Assembly: GCF_000142905.1 (NCBI RefSeq) | Contig: NW_013657662.1 | Span: forward strand, 310,001-374,000 | DNA length: 64,000 nucleotides | DNA from: Thecamonas trahens ATCC 50062 | Taxonomy: Eukaryota; Protista; Apusomonadida | Reading direction: 5' to 3' | Shown here: positions 29,004 through 40,658 of the stretch, piece after piece | How positions within the stretch are numbered: position 1 is the first letter of the stretch | How the letters are laid out: each line of letters begins with the position of its first letter | Position numbers and translations under genes: made by a program | Notes under the pieces: model-generated | What the model saw: only the letters and a program-made list of their open reading frames with translations | What the model was told of the DNA's origin: nothing | Databases searched by the model: none

Positions 29004-31751
29004 ATGTCCACCACCAACACCACCAACAACACCAACACCACCACACACGCCACACACGCCACACACGCCACACACGCCACACACGCCACACACGCCACAC
29101 ACGCTACTCACGCCACACACGCCACACACGCCGCCAACCCGACAGGACGGACAGGCCCGGCTGCACGTCGCGATGGATACGAGCTGTCGGCGAGCCACGT
29201 GGCGCTGATCAAGACCACCGTGGAAACCGTCCTTGTTCCGGCCATCGTTCCGGCTGTCGAACACATGCGCCGCATCGGCGCCGAAGACTCGGCCGTCGAG
29301 ATGGTGGACCTCGCCTCAGACGACGACGATGACGACAATGACGACGACTCGGAGCTCTTATACTCGTACGACTCGAACAGTAGATCAGGGGACGGCGATG
29401 ACGACGACGATGACGATTGCGAAGACGACGAAGACGACGACGGCTCCGTATCGTCCGATCTGGGCATCTCCGACACAGAGGTCGAGCGACTGCAGCAGTC
29501 AGCACTCTCGCGCCCGCGGCAGACACGTGCCCATGCCACTTCTGGCACCGCTTCTGGAGCCGCCTCCTCAAACGTGGCAGCCGCTGTCATGAGCCGAACA
29601 AGCCGCGGCATGTCAGTCGAGCTCTGCCGCTCGCCGTCGCTTGTCTCCGAGGACGAGGACGACGAAGACTTTCGGCCGTCGGGCTCGGACGATGACGACG
29701 ATGATGACGAGAGCGTATCTGAGCCGCTGCAATCTACGCCCCGCCACCCGTCTCGGGCGCTGAGTAGCGAGCCGCCGCCGTCGAGCTTGGCCATTTTCTC
29801 GCGAACCCGAGCGCGAGTGCCCGAAGTCGACGACGACGTCGACGACCTGATGTGGGACCTCGACTTGCCGCTCGGACCGCTGCTAGACCAGAACGAGGAG
29901 GACGAGGGCGTGCTGTATCAGCAGTTTCTGGCCGAAGTCACCGGCGAAGGCATGACCTCGATGTCCGGTGACGACGACGACAACGACGACGACTACAACT
30001 TTATGTCGGATCTTCTGCGGATGCGGCTCTCACCGATGTTCCAAGCCGACAAAGATGCCGAGTATAACACCGGCGCGCGCATTCCGCGACGCGAGGTCCG
30101 CAAGCTTCTTGTCTCGTCGGTGGCCGACTCGATTCCGGATCCGTACCGCGCCGCACCGCGCGCCCGTCGTGCCCGCTACAAGCTCACAGTTGTCCCGCAC
30201 GAGACCGAGCACCTGCGGCGCAACCCGTACTCGCTACCGCACCGCGCCGAGTCGGCCCGCCTTGCGCCATCGCTCTTCACCTCGGCACACCGCCAGCGGC
30301 TGCGCCAGCAGCTCCGACTCTACCTCCAGCTCCTTGTCCAGGTCATGACCCTCTCGACCTTTGATCGTGCCTCGCGCCCGGTGGCGCCCACCATCGCCGC
30401 TCTCATCCAGGAGCTCCACTCGCTCGGCGCCGGTCTCCGAGCCGACGGCTCGCTCGCTGTCCGCGCGCTCACCGCCGAGGGCACCCCCGAGCCGGCGCCG
30501 CACAACGCGCTCTCCGCCATCCCGGACCTGGCCACTGCGCGCCTCCTGGCGTCAGTCATTGCCGACGGCGGGCCGGCTGTCCCGGCCATGGGCGCCATAT
30601 CCTCCTCGCTCATCTCGGCGCTCGCTCAGATTGCTCCGCAGCACTCGCTTTGCGAGAGCTATGCGCGCGCTACGCCGTTTGGCTCGGTCCTCAATCTGCA
30701 CCCATCGCGCCGGCGCGCCGCCCTCCGCTCGCTCGCCCGCAACGCACTGCGTCGTAAGACTGTCATCGCTGAGATGCGGCGGGCGCTGTTCTTCTCCTTT
30801 GACCCAGAATGGAGCTACACGCCCATACGGTCGCAGTTTACGCCTGCCGAAGACACCCTCCTCACCACCGGCATTCTGTACTTTGGTTTTACCTCGCCCG
30901 AGTACATTGCGTGGACGCTGCTGCCGACCAAACCGGTCAAGACTCTGCGCAACCGCATCCGCAACGCCGTTGCAGGCAAGGTGCCGTCGTGCACAAACTT
31001 GATGGCCCTCCGTAAGCTTGTTTCGATCCGCTCGTCATGCCCTGAACTCTGGTCGCGCCTTGTCCAGAGCAAGAGCAAGCGGTTGCTTCCACTCCCCGAG
31101 GCCGTCGACAGGCTTGCAGCCATGCTTCCGCAGCTGCCGCCGGCCATCCGCTGGCTGATAGCCATCTTTCCGCGCCGTGGCGACATCTTTGGCCTCCTGC
31201 CGTTGCCGCCTTCGCGCCGGCGCAAGCGTAAGCGCGCCCCATCGATCGCCGGTGTCGCCGCAAAGGCGTTGCACCGCCTCGACGGCTCCGCACATCCGGT
31301 CCCTTCTCCCACGCTTGCCGCCATCCCACCCGACGACGTTCGCCATGTCTCGCCAGGCTCGCACCCGATGCCGTTTCTTCCGTTTGACGTTGACCTCTCG
31401 CCAGCGTCCCTCGCCCGTCACACTAGCTACGTCCTCGAGGTTGAGGCCTCGCTGGCGATTCTACGCGAGCGGGAAGAGCAGCGGGCGCGCGCCTTGCGCC
31501 CGGTCCCCGCAGCTGCCGAAGAAGTCGTGCTGAGCGACGACGACGATGATGACAATACCCACGGCGGGGCCAACAGTGCCGGCCCGCGGGAGTGGACCGC
31601 CGAAGAAAACAAGTCCATTCTGCGCTGGGCCAAGGCCCACGGGACCGACTTGGCCGTGTTCGAGGCCCTCGCCGCCAAAGGCACCATTGACGCCACAGCA
31701 AGTGAGCTGCGCACGCAGTGCGAGGCCCTGCTCGCCTACCTTTCGAGGTAG
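29004..31751 (+). CDS. GON4L: GON4L/YY1AP-like Myb/SANT-domain chromatin regulator (start uncertain)
   Basis: SRTRAR, DDDYNF, RIPRREVRKLL, RQRLRQQLRLYLQLLVQV, FTPAEDTLL..G and LLPTK...LRNRIRN, plus a C-terminal WTAEENKSIL Myb-like domain. Confidence 0.75.
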   Translation: MSTTNTTNNTNTTTHATHATHATHATHATHATHATHATHATHAANPTGRTGPAARRDGYELSASHVALIKTTVETVLVPAIVPAVEHMRRIGAEDSAVEMVDLASDDDDDDNDDDSELLYSYDSNSRSGDGDDDDDDDCEDDEDDDGSVSSDLGISDTEVERLQQSALSRPRQTRAHATSGTASGAASSNVAAAVMSRTSRGMSVELCRSPSLVSEDEDDEDFRPSGSDDDDDDDESVSEPLQSTPRHPSRALSSEPPPSSLAIFSRTRARVPEVDDDVDDLMWDLDLPLGPLLDQNEEDEGVLYQQFLAEVTGEGMTSMSGDDDDNDDDYNFMSDLLRMRLSPMFQADKDAEYNTGARIPRREVRKLLVSSVADSIPDPYRAAPRARRARYKLTVVPHETEHLRRNPYSLPHRAESARLAPSLFTSAHRQRLRQQLRLYLQLLVQVMTLSTFDRASRPVAPTIAALIQELHSLGAGLRADGSLAVRALTAEGTPEPAPHNALSAIPDLATARLLASVIADGGPAVPAMGAISSSLISALAQIAPQHSLCESYARATPFGSVLNLHPSRRRAALRSLARNALRRKTVIAEMRRALFFSFDPEWSYTPIRSQFTPAEDTLLTTGILYFGFTSPEYIAWTLLPTKPVKTLRNRIRNAVAGKVPSCTNLMALRKLVSIRSSCPELWSRLVQSKSKRLLPLPEAVDRLAAMLPQLPPAIRWLIAIFPRRGDIFGLLPLPPSRRRKRKRAPSIAGVAAKALHRLDGSAHPVPSPTLAAIPPDDVRHVSPGSHPMPFLPFDVDLSPASLARHTSYVLEVEASLAILREREEQRARALRPVPAAAEEVVLSDDDDDDNTHGGANSAGPREWTAEENKSILRWAKAHGTDLAVFEALAAKGTIDATASELRTQCEALLAYLSR
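29041..29130 (+). repeat. 9-nt repeat CCACACACG x10 (THA repeat if translated)
   Basis: Seen directly, with one variant unit. Confidence 0.95.
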
Positions 31752-32752
31752 GCGTCGAGCTGCGCTTCTAGCTCGGCCTTGTACGCGTCCGGTGCCCAGG
31801 ACGTCGCAATAGCGGCGCGAAGGAGTCCGACAGCCGCATCGTAGTCCATGCCCAGCCGCGTCACCGCAGCCGCGTACTCATCGGCGAGGGTGGTGTCAAA
31901 GAACAGCGGGTCGTCCGAGTTGAGCGTGCAGACCAGACCGGCAGCGAGCATGGCTGGCAACGGATGGGCCTGGATTGATGCCACCAGGCCCGTGGCCACA
32001 TTCGAGGTGAGGCAGACCTCAAACGGGACGCCGAGACCGGCGGCGCGGACGACAAGCTCCGGATCCTCCATAATCCGCACGCCGTGGCCTATGCGCTCAA
32101 TGCCGAGCGCATCGAGGCAGGCGGCAACCTCAGGTGCGCCCTGCGACTCACCGCAGTGGGCAGTGAGCCGCAACCCCATCTCGCGCGCCCGGGCAAAGAC
32201 CGGTGCGTACACCTCGGCCTCGCACGCCGCCTCGGGCCCGCCGAGCCCGACGCCGATGACGCCCTTGCCCACGTACGGCGCCATGCTGTCGAGGAGCGCC
32301 ATCCCCCACTCGGGCCCGGTCAGCCGCTCCAGATCAACCACAAACACAGCCTCGATGCCCGTCGCAGCGCGGGCCGCCGCCGCACCGGCCAGGATGGCGT
32401 CGAGCGCGTCGGCAAGCGAGAACTTGCCCTCCTTGACCGGGGTGCCCGGTGAGCAGAAGACCTCCGCGTAGACCACGTTTGATTGTGTGGCCATGGCCGT
32501 CAGCGCGTCCTCCGCAATACGGCGGTAGTCGTCGGCCTCACGGATCAGCTCGTCCACCATCCACACCCACGTCTCGATAAAGGTGGCGTAGTCCACAAAG
32601 GCAGCGCTCCGTGGCGCCACCCCGTACTTGCTGCACAGTCCGTCGAGCGTCGCCTGTGGCATAGCGCCCGCAAGATGCACATGCAGCTCAACCTTGGGCG
32701 CTCCACGGACCACCTCGACAACCTTGGCTATATCACCTTCCGTCTCGGCCAT
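31736..32752 (-). CDS. ADA: Adenosine/adenine deaminase (amidohydrolase)
   Basis: PKVELHVHLAG, TAHCGE, ERIGHG, EVCLTSN and NSDDP. Confidence 0.93.
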   Translation of the reverse strand: MAETEGDIAKVVEVVRGAPKVELHVHLAGAMPQATLDGLCSKYGVAPRSAAFVDYATFIETWVWMVDELIREADDYRRIAEDALTAMATQSNVVYAEVFCSPGTPVKEGKFSLADALDAILAGAAAARAATGIEAVFVVDLERLTGPEWGMALLDSMAPYVGKGVIGVGLGGPEAACEAEVYAPVFARAREMGLRLTAHCGESQGAPEVAACLDALGIERIGHGVRIMEDPELVVRAAGLGVPFEVCLTSNVATGLVASIQAHPLPAMLAAGLVCTLNSDDPLFFDTTLADEYAAAVTRLGMDYDAAVGLLRAAIATSWAPDAYKAELEAQLDAYLER

Positions 32753-33208
32753 CGTATCCTCTACAACAATATCTCTCGTCGTCGTCGCGGTACGTCAAGT
32801 GTGCTCGCAGGACTTGCCATCCCTCCCCCTCCCCCCCCCCCCCTCGAGTCAGGCACATCGCCCTCCGCCAGCCAACCAACGCGCGCCTCCCGCTTGTGCG
32901 GCTGCTTAGCTACGTGATTCCGGAAAAAAGTGATGACGACAACCCATTCATTTTTTGGGGCGACCAAGCACTCGCGCCTGCACCCACGGCCATCACCCAC
33001 GGCATACAGCCATCAGCCATGATGTATGCCCAAGAACTGACCAATCAGGTGTGTCATGCCAGAATCACCCTATTCGACCCATTCATCATTGTCTAACTTG
33101 CCTCCGTAAGGTCATCTACGGTGGACTTGCCCGCCGCCGCAGCCATTGGCTGTCGTCAGAAGGTCTGCAGGATTTTCGTCAGGGCGACAGCCCCGCCACA
33201 AGCTTGAC

Positions 33209-36200
33209 ATGCTCAGGTCCTTGCCGTCGACCGCGGCGAGGGGCCCAGTCAGAAGACCAAGGTATGTCTCTCTTCACAAGTCTCATACTTTGGAACACAA
33301 ATCCACCTTAGCATGTTCTCTCTCCTCTCCCGCCATACCTCTGCCTTTGGCGTTGCGTCGGCTTCGGGCACTGCCGCTCGTGCAGCCCTTGCCGCGGTGC
33401 GATCGGCCTCGGCAGCTGCAGCAGCGCACATGCCGCCGTCGGCGACGGGCGAGGCGTCTGTGGACAACACGGCGCCGTTCGCCACCTGCGCCCCGGCTGG
33501 AATGCAGGGTAACATGCGGTTTGTGCTCTGTAACCCGCGCGAGGTCAACTCGAACTCGCGCTCCTCCTACGTCCGCTCTATGGTCGGTTGTGCTCCCGGC
33601 TCGGTAATGGCGTCATCGCCCTGTTTTACTGCCGCCTCTCGCGGCCTGGCCACCGCCGCAAACGCGCAAGCTATCGCCGCTAGCGCCACCCCGGCCCGAC
33701 GCTCGTCGTCCACCCCAACCGCAGGCGCGCCTCCGGAGCTCGTCCATACCGAGCGCAGTGACGCCAATGCCGGCGCCACCTCGTTCGGATCCATGGAGGT
33801 CGAGTACATGTCGTCGTGGAAGGAGAACCTCGAGGGCGAGAGCCGCATCGCCGTCGCGCCCACTCCCACCTCGGACTGGTGGTGGACCGGCAAGGCGCCG
33901 GTGGCCGGCACGCCCGGTGTCGGTCCCGACGGGCTCGTCACCTCGCTCCCGCTGGTCGACTACACCACGGCCTCGCGCCAGGAGCTGCTCGACTACTTTG
34001 ACAACACCTGGCTCCTCACCGAGGTCCTCTTCTCGTCGCTGGCTTCGGAGGAGGCTTTCTACCGCCCGCCGTGGCACGACCTTCGCCACCCGCTCATCTT
34101 TTACTATGGCCACCCGGCGGCGCTGTACGTGAACAAGTTCCGGGTCGCCGGCCTCGCCCGCGATCCGATCTCGCCATTCTACGAGAAGATCTTTGAGACC
34201 GGCGTCGACGAGATGTCGTGGGACGACATGCATAAGAACGTCATGCGCTGGCCGTCGGTGGCCAACACTCTCGACTACCGCAAGCGCGTCTACGAGCTTG
34301 TTGCAGAGACCATCGTCTCCTCGCCCCACTTTGACTCGCTCGCCGAGGCCGGGCCGGCCTCGCCGTTCTGGGCCGTCGTCATGGGCTTTGAGCACGAGCG
34401 CATCCACCTCGAGACCTCGTCGGTTCTCATCCGCGAGCTCCCGCTCTCGCTCGTCCGCCGCCCGCTCACCTGGCCTGTCGACCACCCGTCCGCCACCCAG
34501 GCTCAACCGACCGCCAATCCGGTCGCTGGCGTCGACTTCCCGACCAACGAGTTTGTCTCCATCAAGCCGGACGGCCCGGTTGTCCTCGGTCGGCCGGACT
34601 CGCACTCTGGCTTCTCGTGGGACAACGAGTTTGGCTCAAAGTCCATCGACGTCGCAGACTTTGACGTCGCCAAGCACCTCGTCACCAACGGCGAGTTCCT
34701 CGACTTTGTTCGCTCAAACGGCTACCTCGAGCAAAAGTACTGGTCGCCCGATGGCTGGGCCTGGCGGACCTTCCGCAACGCAAAGTGGCCCACCTTCTGG
34801 CGCCCCTTTGGCCCCGCCGGTCTCCACGAGTACCGCCTCCGCGCCGTCTTTGACGAAATCGACATGCCCTGGGCCTGGCCCGCAGACCTCAACTACTACG
34901 AGGTCGAGGCCTACGCCAACTACATCGCCGCAGCCACCGGCAAGCCCACCCGTGCTATCACAGAGCCCGAGCACGCCGTCCTCCGCACAGGCCTCCCCGA
35001 CGCCTCCGACTTTGTCCTCAACCCGGTCGCCGGTGCCACCGCCTCGTCCGAGCCCGACGCCGTCGCCGCCTCGCCCAACCTCAACCTTGTCTGGGGCTCG
35101 CACACTCCCGTCGACGCCGCTCCGCCGTCGGCCCACGGCGTCCGCGACGTCATGGGCAATGTCTGGCAGTGGTGCTACGACCACTTTGCCCCGCTCCCGG
35201 GCTTCCAGCCGCACGACGTCTACCCCGACTTTTCCATGCCGTGCTTTGACGGCAAGCACAACGTTATCATGGGCGGCTCGTTTGCCGCCACGGGCAACGA
35301 GGCCTCGCGCCACGCTCGCTTCCACTTCCGCCCACACTTTTACCAGCACGCCGGCGCCCGTCTCGTCCAGCCGGCCCACCCCACCGCTGAGCCGGTCACT
35401 TCCTGCGCCGGCTGTGAGGGGCCCTTTGTCGGCGCCACCTCGCCCTACCGCGTCCCGCCGCCGACCACCGTGACCGGCGCCGCCGCCGCTGCTGCCTCCG
35501 CTGGCTCCGCTCCGCCTGCTGCTGCTTCCGCCGCTCCGCCGCGTGTCGCCGTCGGCTCCACCGCTGGCATCGTCGACAAGTACGAGGACCAGATCGTGCT
35601 TGACCAGTACCTCAACATGCACTACGGAACCCAGGACGACTTTCCGGCTTACATCGACGCCGGTACCCTGCAGTTCCCCCAGCGCTGTGCGGCGCTGGTC
35701 GAGGGCCACACGCTCGCCTCCAACCCGCGGGCCCGTGCCCTTGACATTGGCTGCGCCGTCGGCGCCTCGGCCTTTGAGCTCGCCCGGACCTTCAACTCGG
35801 TCACTGCCCTCGATATTTCACACGCCTTTGTTGAAGCTGCCAAGTACATGCAGGAGCACAAGGCGCTGGAGTACAAGGTCCGCCGCGAGGGCGGTGTCTT
35901 TGACTCGTACGTCGCCCGCGTCGATAACTCGGTCGACGTCTCGCGCGTCGACTTTGCTGTCGGCGACGCCACTGCGCTCGACCCCGCCACCCTCGGTACT
36001 TTTGACGGCGTCCTCATCGGCAACGTGCTCTGCCGCCTCCCCGACCCGTACCTCCTCATCGACGTCCTCCCCGAGCTCGTCAACCCAGACGGCACCCTGG
36101 TCATCACCTCGCCCTTCTCGTGGCTCCCGCAGTTTACGCCCGAGTCCAAGTGGCTCTCCGCCGCCAACGGCTCGTCGGCCAAGGCTCTCACCGATGCCCT

Positions 36201-36312
36201 TGACTCCTCGTTTGAGCTCGTCTCGTCAGGTGACATCCCCTTTGTCATTCGCGAGCACATCCGCAAGTACGAGTTTGTCGCCGCCCACCTCGGCATCTGG
36301 CGCCGCAAGTAG
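33209..36312 (+). CDS. ovoA: OvoA 5-histidylcysteine sulfoxide synthase/methyltransferase (ovothiol), probably two exons
   Basis: DinB-like LRHPLIFYYGH, FETGVDEMSWDD and the Fe-binding HERIHLE; FGE domain (GNVWQW, RFHFRPHFYQHAG); SAM-MT (ALDIGCAVG, PFVIREHIRKYE). Probable first exon 33209-33261 and intron 33262-33311; the main ORF starts at 33313. Confidence 0.92.
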
Positions 36313-36368
36313 CCGCCTTCTCCGCACCGGCAGCCAATGCGCATCAAACACATCCTTCAACTCGCAAA

Positions 36369-39300
36369 CTACGGCTTGAGCTGCTCACGTGCCACCCGCA
36401 AGATGCTCTTGCGAATCTGCGGGTACTCGGGGTCAACCCGGAGCACAGCGTGACAAATCTCAACAGCGGGGATCCACGCCTCGGCCTTGAGGTAGTTGAA
36501 CGCGAGCTTGTAGCCCACGCCCAGTGCCGTGCCGTTGCTCAGCTCCCACGCTGACCGGTAGCACTCGGCAGCATCCACAAACGCGTCAAGCTTCTCGTGG
36601 ATGTATCCGAGGAACTCCCAGCCTTTCATCAGCGAGCCGTTGAACGAGAGCGCCCGCTTGACAAGCTCTGACGCCTGGTCGAGCTGGTGTCCGCTCACGT
36701 ACACATCGGCCAGCAGGAGAAAAGCTGTGTCAAACGCGTCAGCCTCCTCCGCAAGATACGGCAGTGCGACAACCTGCTCAAGCGCACTCTTTGCCTCGCC
36801 AAGCTGCTTCTTGCGCAGCGCCATCACGCCCGTGCACGTCAGCGCTCCCGGGTGGCTCGGCTGCTCCGCGAGGACGTCGGCCACCAGAGCTGCGGCCTCG
36901 GCCTCCTCCCCTGACGCCAGAAGCAGATACGCCCGCAGCACGTCGAGCCGCGCCGGTAGCGGCTCCGACTTGGCGCTGTACATCAGATCAAGCTCGTCGA
37001 GCAGCGCCTGCGCCGTCATCAGCGCATCGCCCGAGAGCCGGTTCCGATGGCCCGTCGACGGCTCGAACGCCGCCACAGGCCCTGCCAGCGAGACAAACCC
37101 CTCCGGGTTGAGCGAGATAATGACCATGGCCTCGAGCGCCTTTTCGCGAAACTCGGATGCCGTCCGTGCCTTGTTGATAGCATCATCGCCTTGGCACGCC
37201 CGTCTGTCGCCAGTGCGTACAGCCCGGCGCAGTACGCGTAGCCTGGCGACGACCGCGCCTCAAAGCTCGATGACACTGCCTGGTCAAGGAAGGCCTGTAC
37301 ATGGTCGAGCTTGCCCGCCCGCCGCAACAGGTCAATCAGCCGCCCAAGCGCCGTCCAGTGCTGCGGCTGGGCCTCGAGAATCTCCTGAAAGTGGTAGATC
37401 GCCTGGTCGTAGTCCTGGTCTGCAAACATGAGCTCAGCGAGCATCATCGACGCCTCCTCGTGCGACGCGTCGAGCTGCAGCAGCGCCAGCGCTGCCTTCC
37501 GCGTCTCATCGTGGTGACCTAGCCGAAGATGCTGCCGTGCGAGCTGCACCAGAACGTCCGGACTGTGCGGCGCGTGCCGCAGTGCTTCTTCGTAGCTCGA
37601 CAGCGCTGCGTCGGCGTCCTGCAACGTGGCGTGGTGCTGGGCGATGGCCACACAAATCTCCGCCATCATCAGATTCTGCTCGGCGAGCGCGTCCGGCGAC
37701 TCGGCTTCCAGTCGGTGCAGCAGACTCGCCTGCGCCGATCGTGCCGTGTCAAGCTCGCCAAGTGTCACGTCAAGCTCGTTGCTCTGACTATGGACCGAGG
37801 CCTTGAGCACCCGGAGCTTGACTGCAACAATCGCCGCGGCCACGTCGTCACCCTCGTCCTCGGCGGCGCCCAGCGCCGCCTCGACTGCGTCCAGAGCCGC
37901 GTCGTAGTCGCGGAGTTTGGCATGCAGCGCCGCCAGCTCGTAGGCAAGGCCCAGTGAGTGCGGCGATGACTTGGCTGCGCTCGAGTAGTACTCGATAGCC
38001 TTGGCATAGTCGTGCGTCTTGACTAGCGCCATCCCAATCTTGGCCGCCAGCTGATAGTTGTCCGGCTCGAGCTTGAGCGCTGACTCATAGACCGAGATAG
38101 CCTTGAGTGGCTCTTGAATGGCCACGTACGCGTCGCCGAGCATGAGGTAAGCCTGGACCGAGTTGGACTCGGCCGCAATCGCCTTGTACGTCTTGATGTA
38201 CTGCTTGCGGTCCTTGAGCTCCGTCAGATACAGCTGCGCCTCCACCGTCTTGGCCCGGATGTAGTGCGGCTTGTCTGGGTCAGCCCGCCCGAGGAGTCCG
38301 AGCGCGTTGGCCACGCTGCCTCGCAGCACCTCAAGCGAGGCGCCAGCAATGGCGACCACGTTACCAAGAAGCGTGCCGCCAAAGGCGTGGACGGCGTCCT
38401 GCATCATCTTGGTCGCCTCGTGAACCGCCCCGCTCTTGGCACGCACAAGCGCAGCTTCGACGTAAATGGCAATGCGGTCCTGGAGCGCAACAGGTGTCTT
38501 GGCGCTTGCTTCGCTCCCGACGCGCACGCCCGGCAGCTTCATCGCCGCGTCGAGAGACTCCAAAGCGCCGGCGTAGTCATCGGTGAGCACGCAAATGGCG
38601 GCCTCGACAAGGTGGTACTGCGGCGTGTCGCGGATGTGAAAGTCGCACGCAAGCGCGCGCTCGAGCGCCTGCGACGCTGCCTGCACCTTGCCGTTCTTGA
38701 CGTGGATGTGTGCCTGGAGAAGGAACGGCTCGGCTGCGCTGTCGTCGAGGCTAAGCGCCTGCTGGACAAGGCCAGCCGCGTTGTCAACCGCGCCGTCAAC
38801 AAACCGCAGTCGTGCAAGGCCAAGGACCGCGTCGGCGTATGCCGGCAGTCGCCGCATGATCGTCTCGACAAGTCGGGTAGCTTGCGGCACCAGCGGCGAC
38901 GGCGGCTCGGTCGTATCGCGCGGCTCCGAGCCGAGAAACTCGAGGTAGGCGGTGAAAATGCGCATAGTGAGCCAGGGGTCCAGCGCCGACAACGCCTCGC
39001 GGGTCCGCGGCCGGCTGTTGACAGCCTCGAGATGGCCTTCGGTGGCGGCGTTGAGCGCGGCAATAACGTCATCCGACGGCGCCGCCGAGAGCGAGCCATG
39101 GAGCGCAAAAGATAGGAGAGCATCGGATCCGGAAGGTCGTGAGTAGCATGGGTAGCGTCGGCGAGCGAGCCCTGGACCTGCTTGAGGAACGCGAGCTGAG
39201 TCGCTGCCTCGTCGATCTTGCCGCTCACCAGCTGGGTAAGGATGAGGCCGTAAAGCGAAGCGACGTTGCCCTCGTCGACCTTAATCGACTTACGGAAGGC

Positions 39301-40377
39301 CTTTTCGGCCTTGGCGCAGTCGCCGAGCCGGAGGCAGTGGCGCCCAAACGAGCCGAGCAACAGCGTGTCGTGGCTCTGGGCCTTGACTGCCGCCTCAAAC
39401 AGCGGCGTCGTCCGCTTCAGCAGCCGCGGAGCCGAGTCGGGAATGAGCGATTCAAGCTCGGCGCCTGCCGCCGCCAGCAGCCGGCCATTGCCGCCCTCGG
39501 CCTCGATGAGCGCCGAGACCACTCCCCCGAGTTGCGACTTGAGACGGGCCACACCGCCACCGCGCGATGCGAGCGCAATAACAGCGTCAAGAACCGCAGC
39601 CGCAGGACCAACAAGCGACGAGCCCGAGAGCGAGGCCACCTGCTCTGCCGCCTGTTCCCACTCGCCAAGCGCTACCAGTGCGTGAGCCTTCTCAAGCACC
39701 GGCGCAGGTGTCCAAGGCGCGGCGAGAGTGGCGGCGTTGAGCGAGTCGAGCGCATCATCCGCTGCGCCGAGCGCAACCTCGACAATGGCCTTGCCCACGG
39801 CGGCAAGCGCCGGATAGCCAAACCCGCCTCCGCCCGACGCTGCGTTGGTGATAGCAGCGCGAAAGGCTGAGAGCGCGCGCTCCAGCAGGGCAGAGCGGCC
39901 CGAGGCGGCGGCGAGGTCGACCCAGGCCGGGAGGCCGAGCCAGTCCAGAAGGCCGCCGCCTGGAGCACCTGCACGGAGAGGATCAACCAGCGAGCGAGCG
40001 ACCTGCATATCGCGGAGGACAAGGGCGGCGACGACGGCAGTGGCGCGGGCTTCCGAGTCGGCGCCTGCGGCGGCATGCTCGATGGCGGCCACATGGTGCT
40101 GAACAGCGTCGGTGTCGACAAACTGAGCATGGGCATGGGCATAGGCCAGTCCAACATGGGCAGCTAAGGCCAGTCCATGACTCCGCTCCAGGGGTGTCAA
40201 CGTCCTCACGGCGTCGGTGGCCTCGCCCACAGCCGCCGCTGCCACGCCGCCCAGCAGTGCCAGCAGCGGGTCGTCCCCATGCGACGCCCGCAGCGCCGCA
40301 CAATGGTTGGCCAGGGCCGTCACGTGGCCCAGGTGGCCCAGGTACAGAGCGTGCCCAAGCAGCCGCTCGGTGTTCAT
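36369..40377 (-). CDS. TTC21B: IFT139/TTC21B (IFT-A TPR protein), with two 1-nt frameshifts
   Basis: KIGMALVKTHDYAKAIEYY, KGWEFLGYIHEK and GYKLAFNYLKA...VEICHAVL...YPQIRK. Adding one T at about 39108 (YLFALH) and one at about 37177 (FNKAR) gives a single ORF of about 1336 aa. Confidence 0.92.
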
Positions 40378-40658
40378 GGCGTTAGGCGTCGAGTGGGGAG
40401 GGGTGCCGGTGCCGGTGCCGGTGGCGGTGGCGGTGGCGGTGGTGGTGTGGGAGTTTGCCTCGGCGCGCCAAGTTGCCGCCGAACATGATTGGTGTTTGGT
40501 CGGCCGTGATGGGACAGACGCATGTTGGCAGCAAAGGGGTGTGATCGAATTGATGGGTCGGTGTGGGAGTGGTACTCGATCAAGCTTGTGCTGTGGTTCA
40601 GGACAACATTAGGACGTAATCCGCACAATGAGAACAAGTGTGGTCAGTTGTTACTTGG

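Noticed and set aside
32930-33040. Box C/D snoRNA (GTGATGA...CTGA)
   Set aside because: No terminal stem, and I could not recognise an rRNA-complementary guide.
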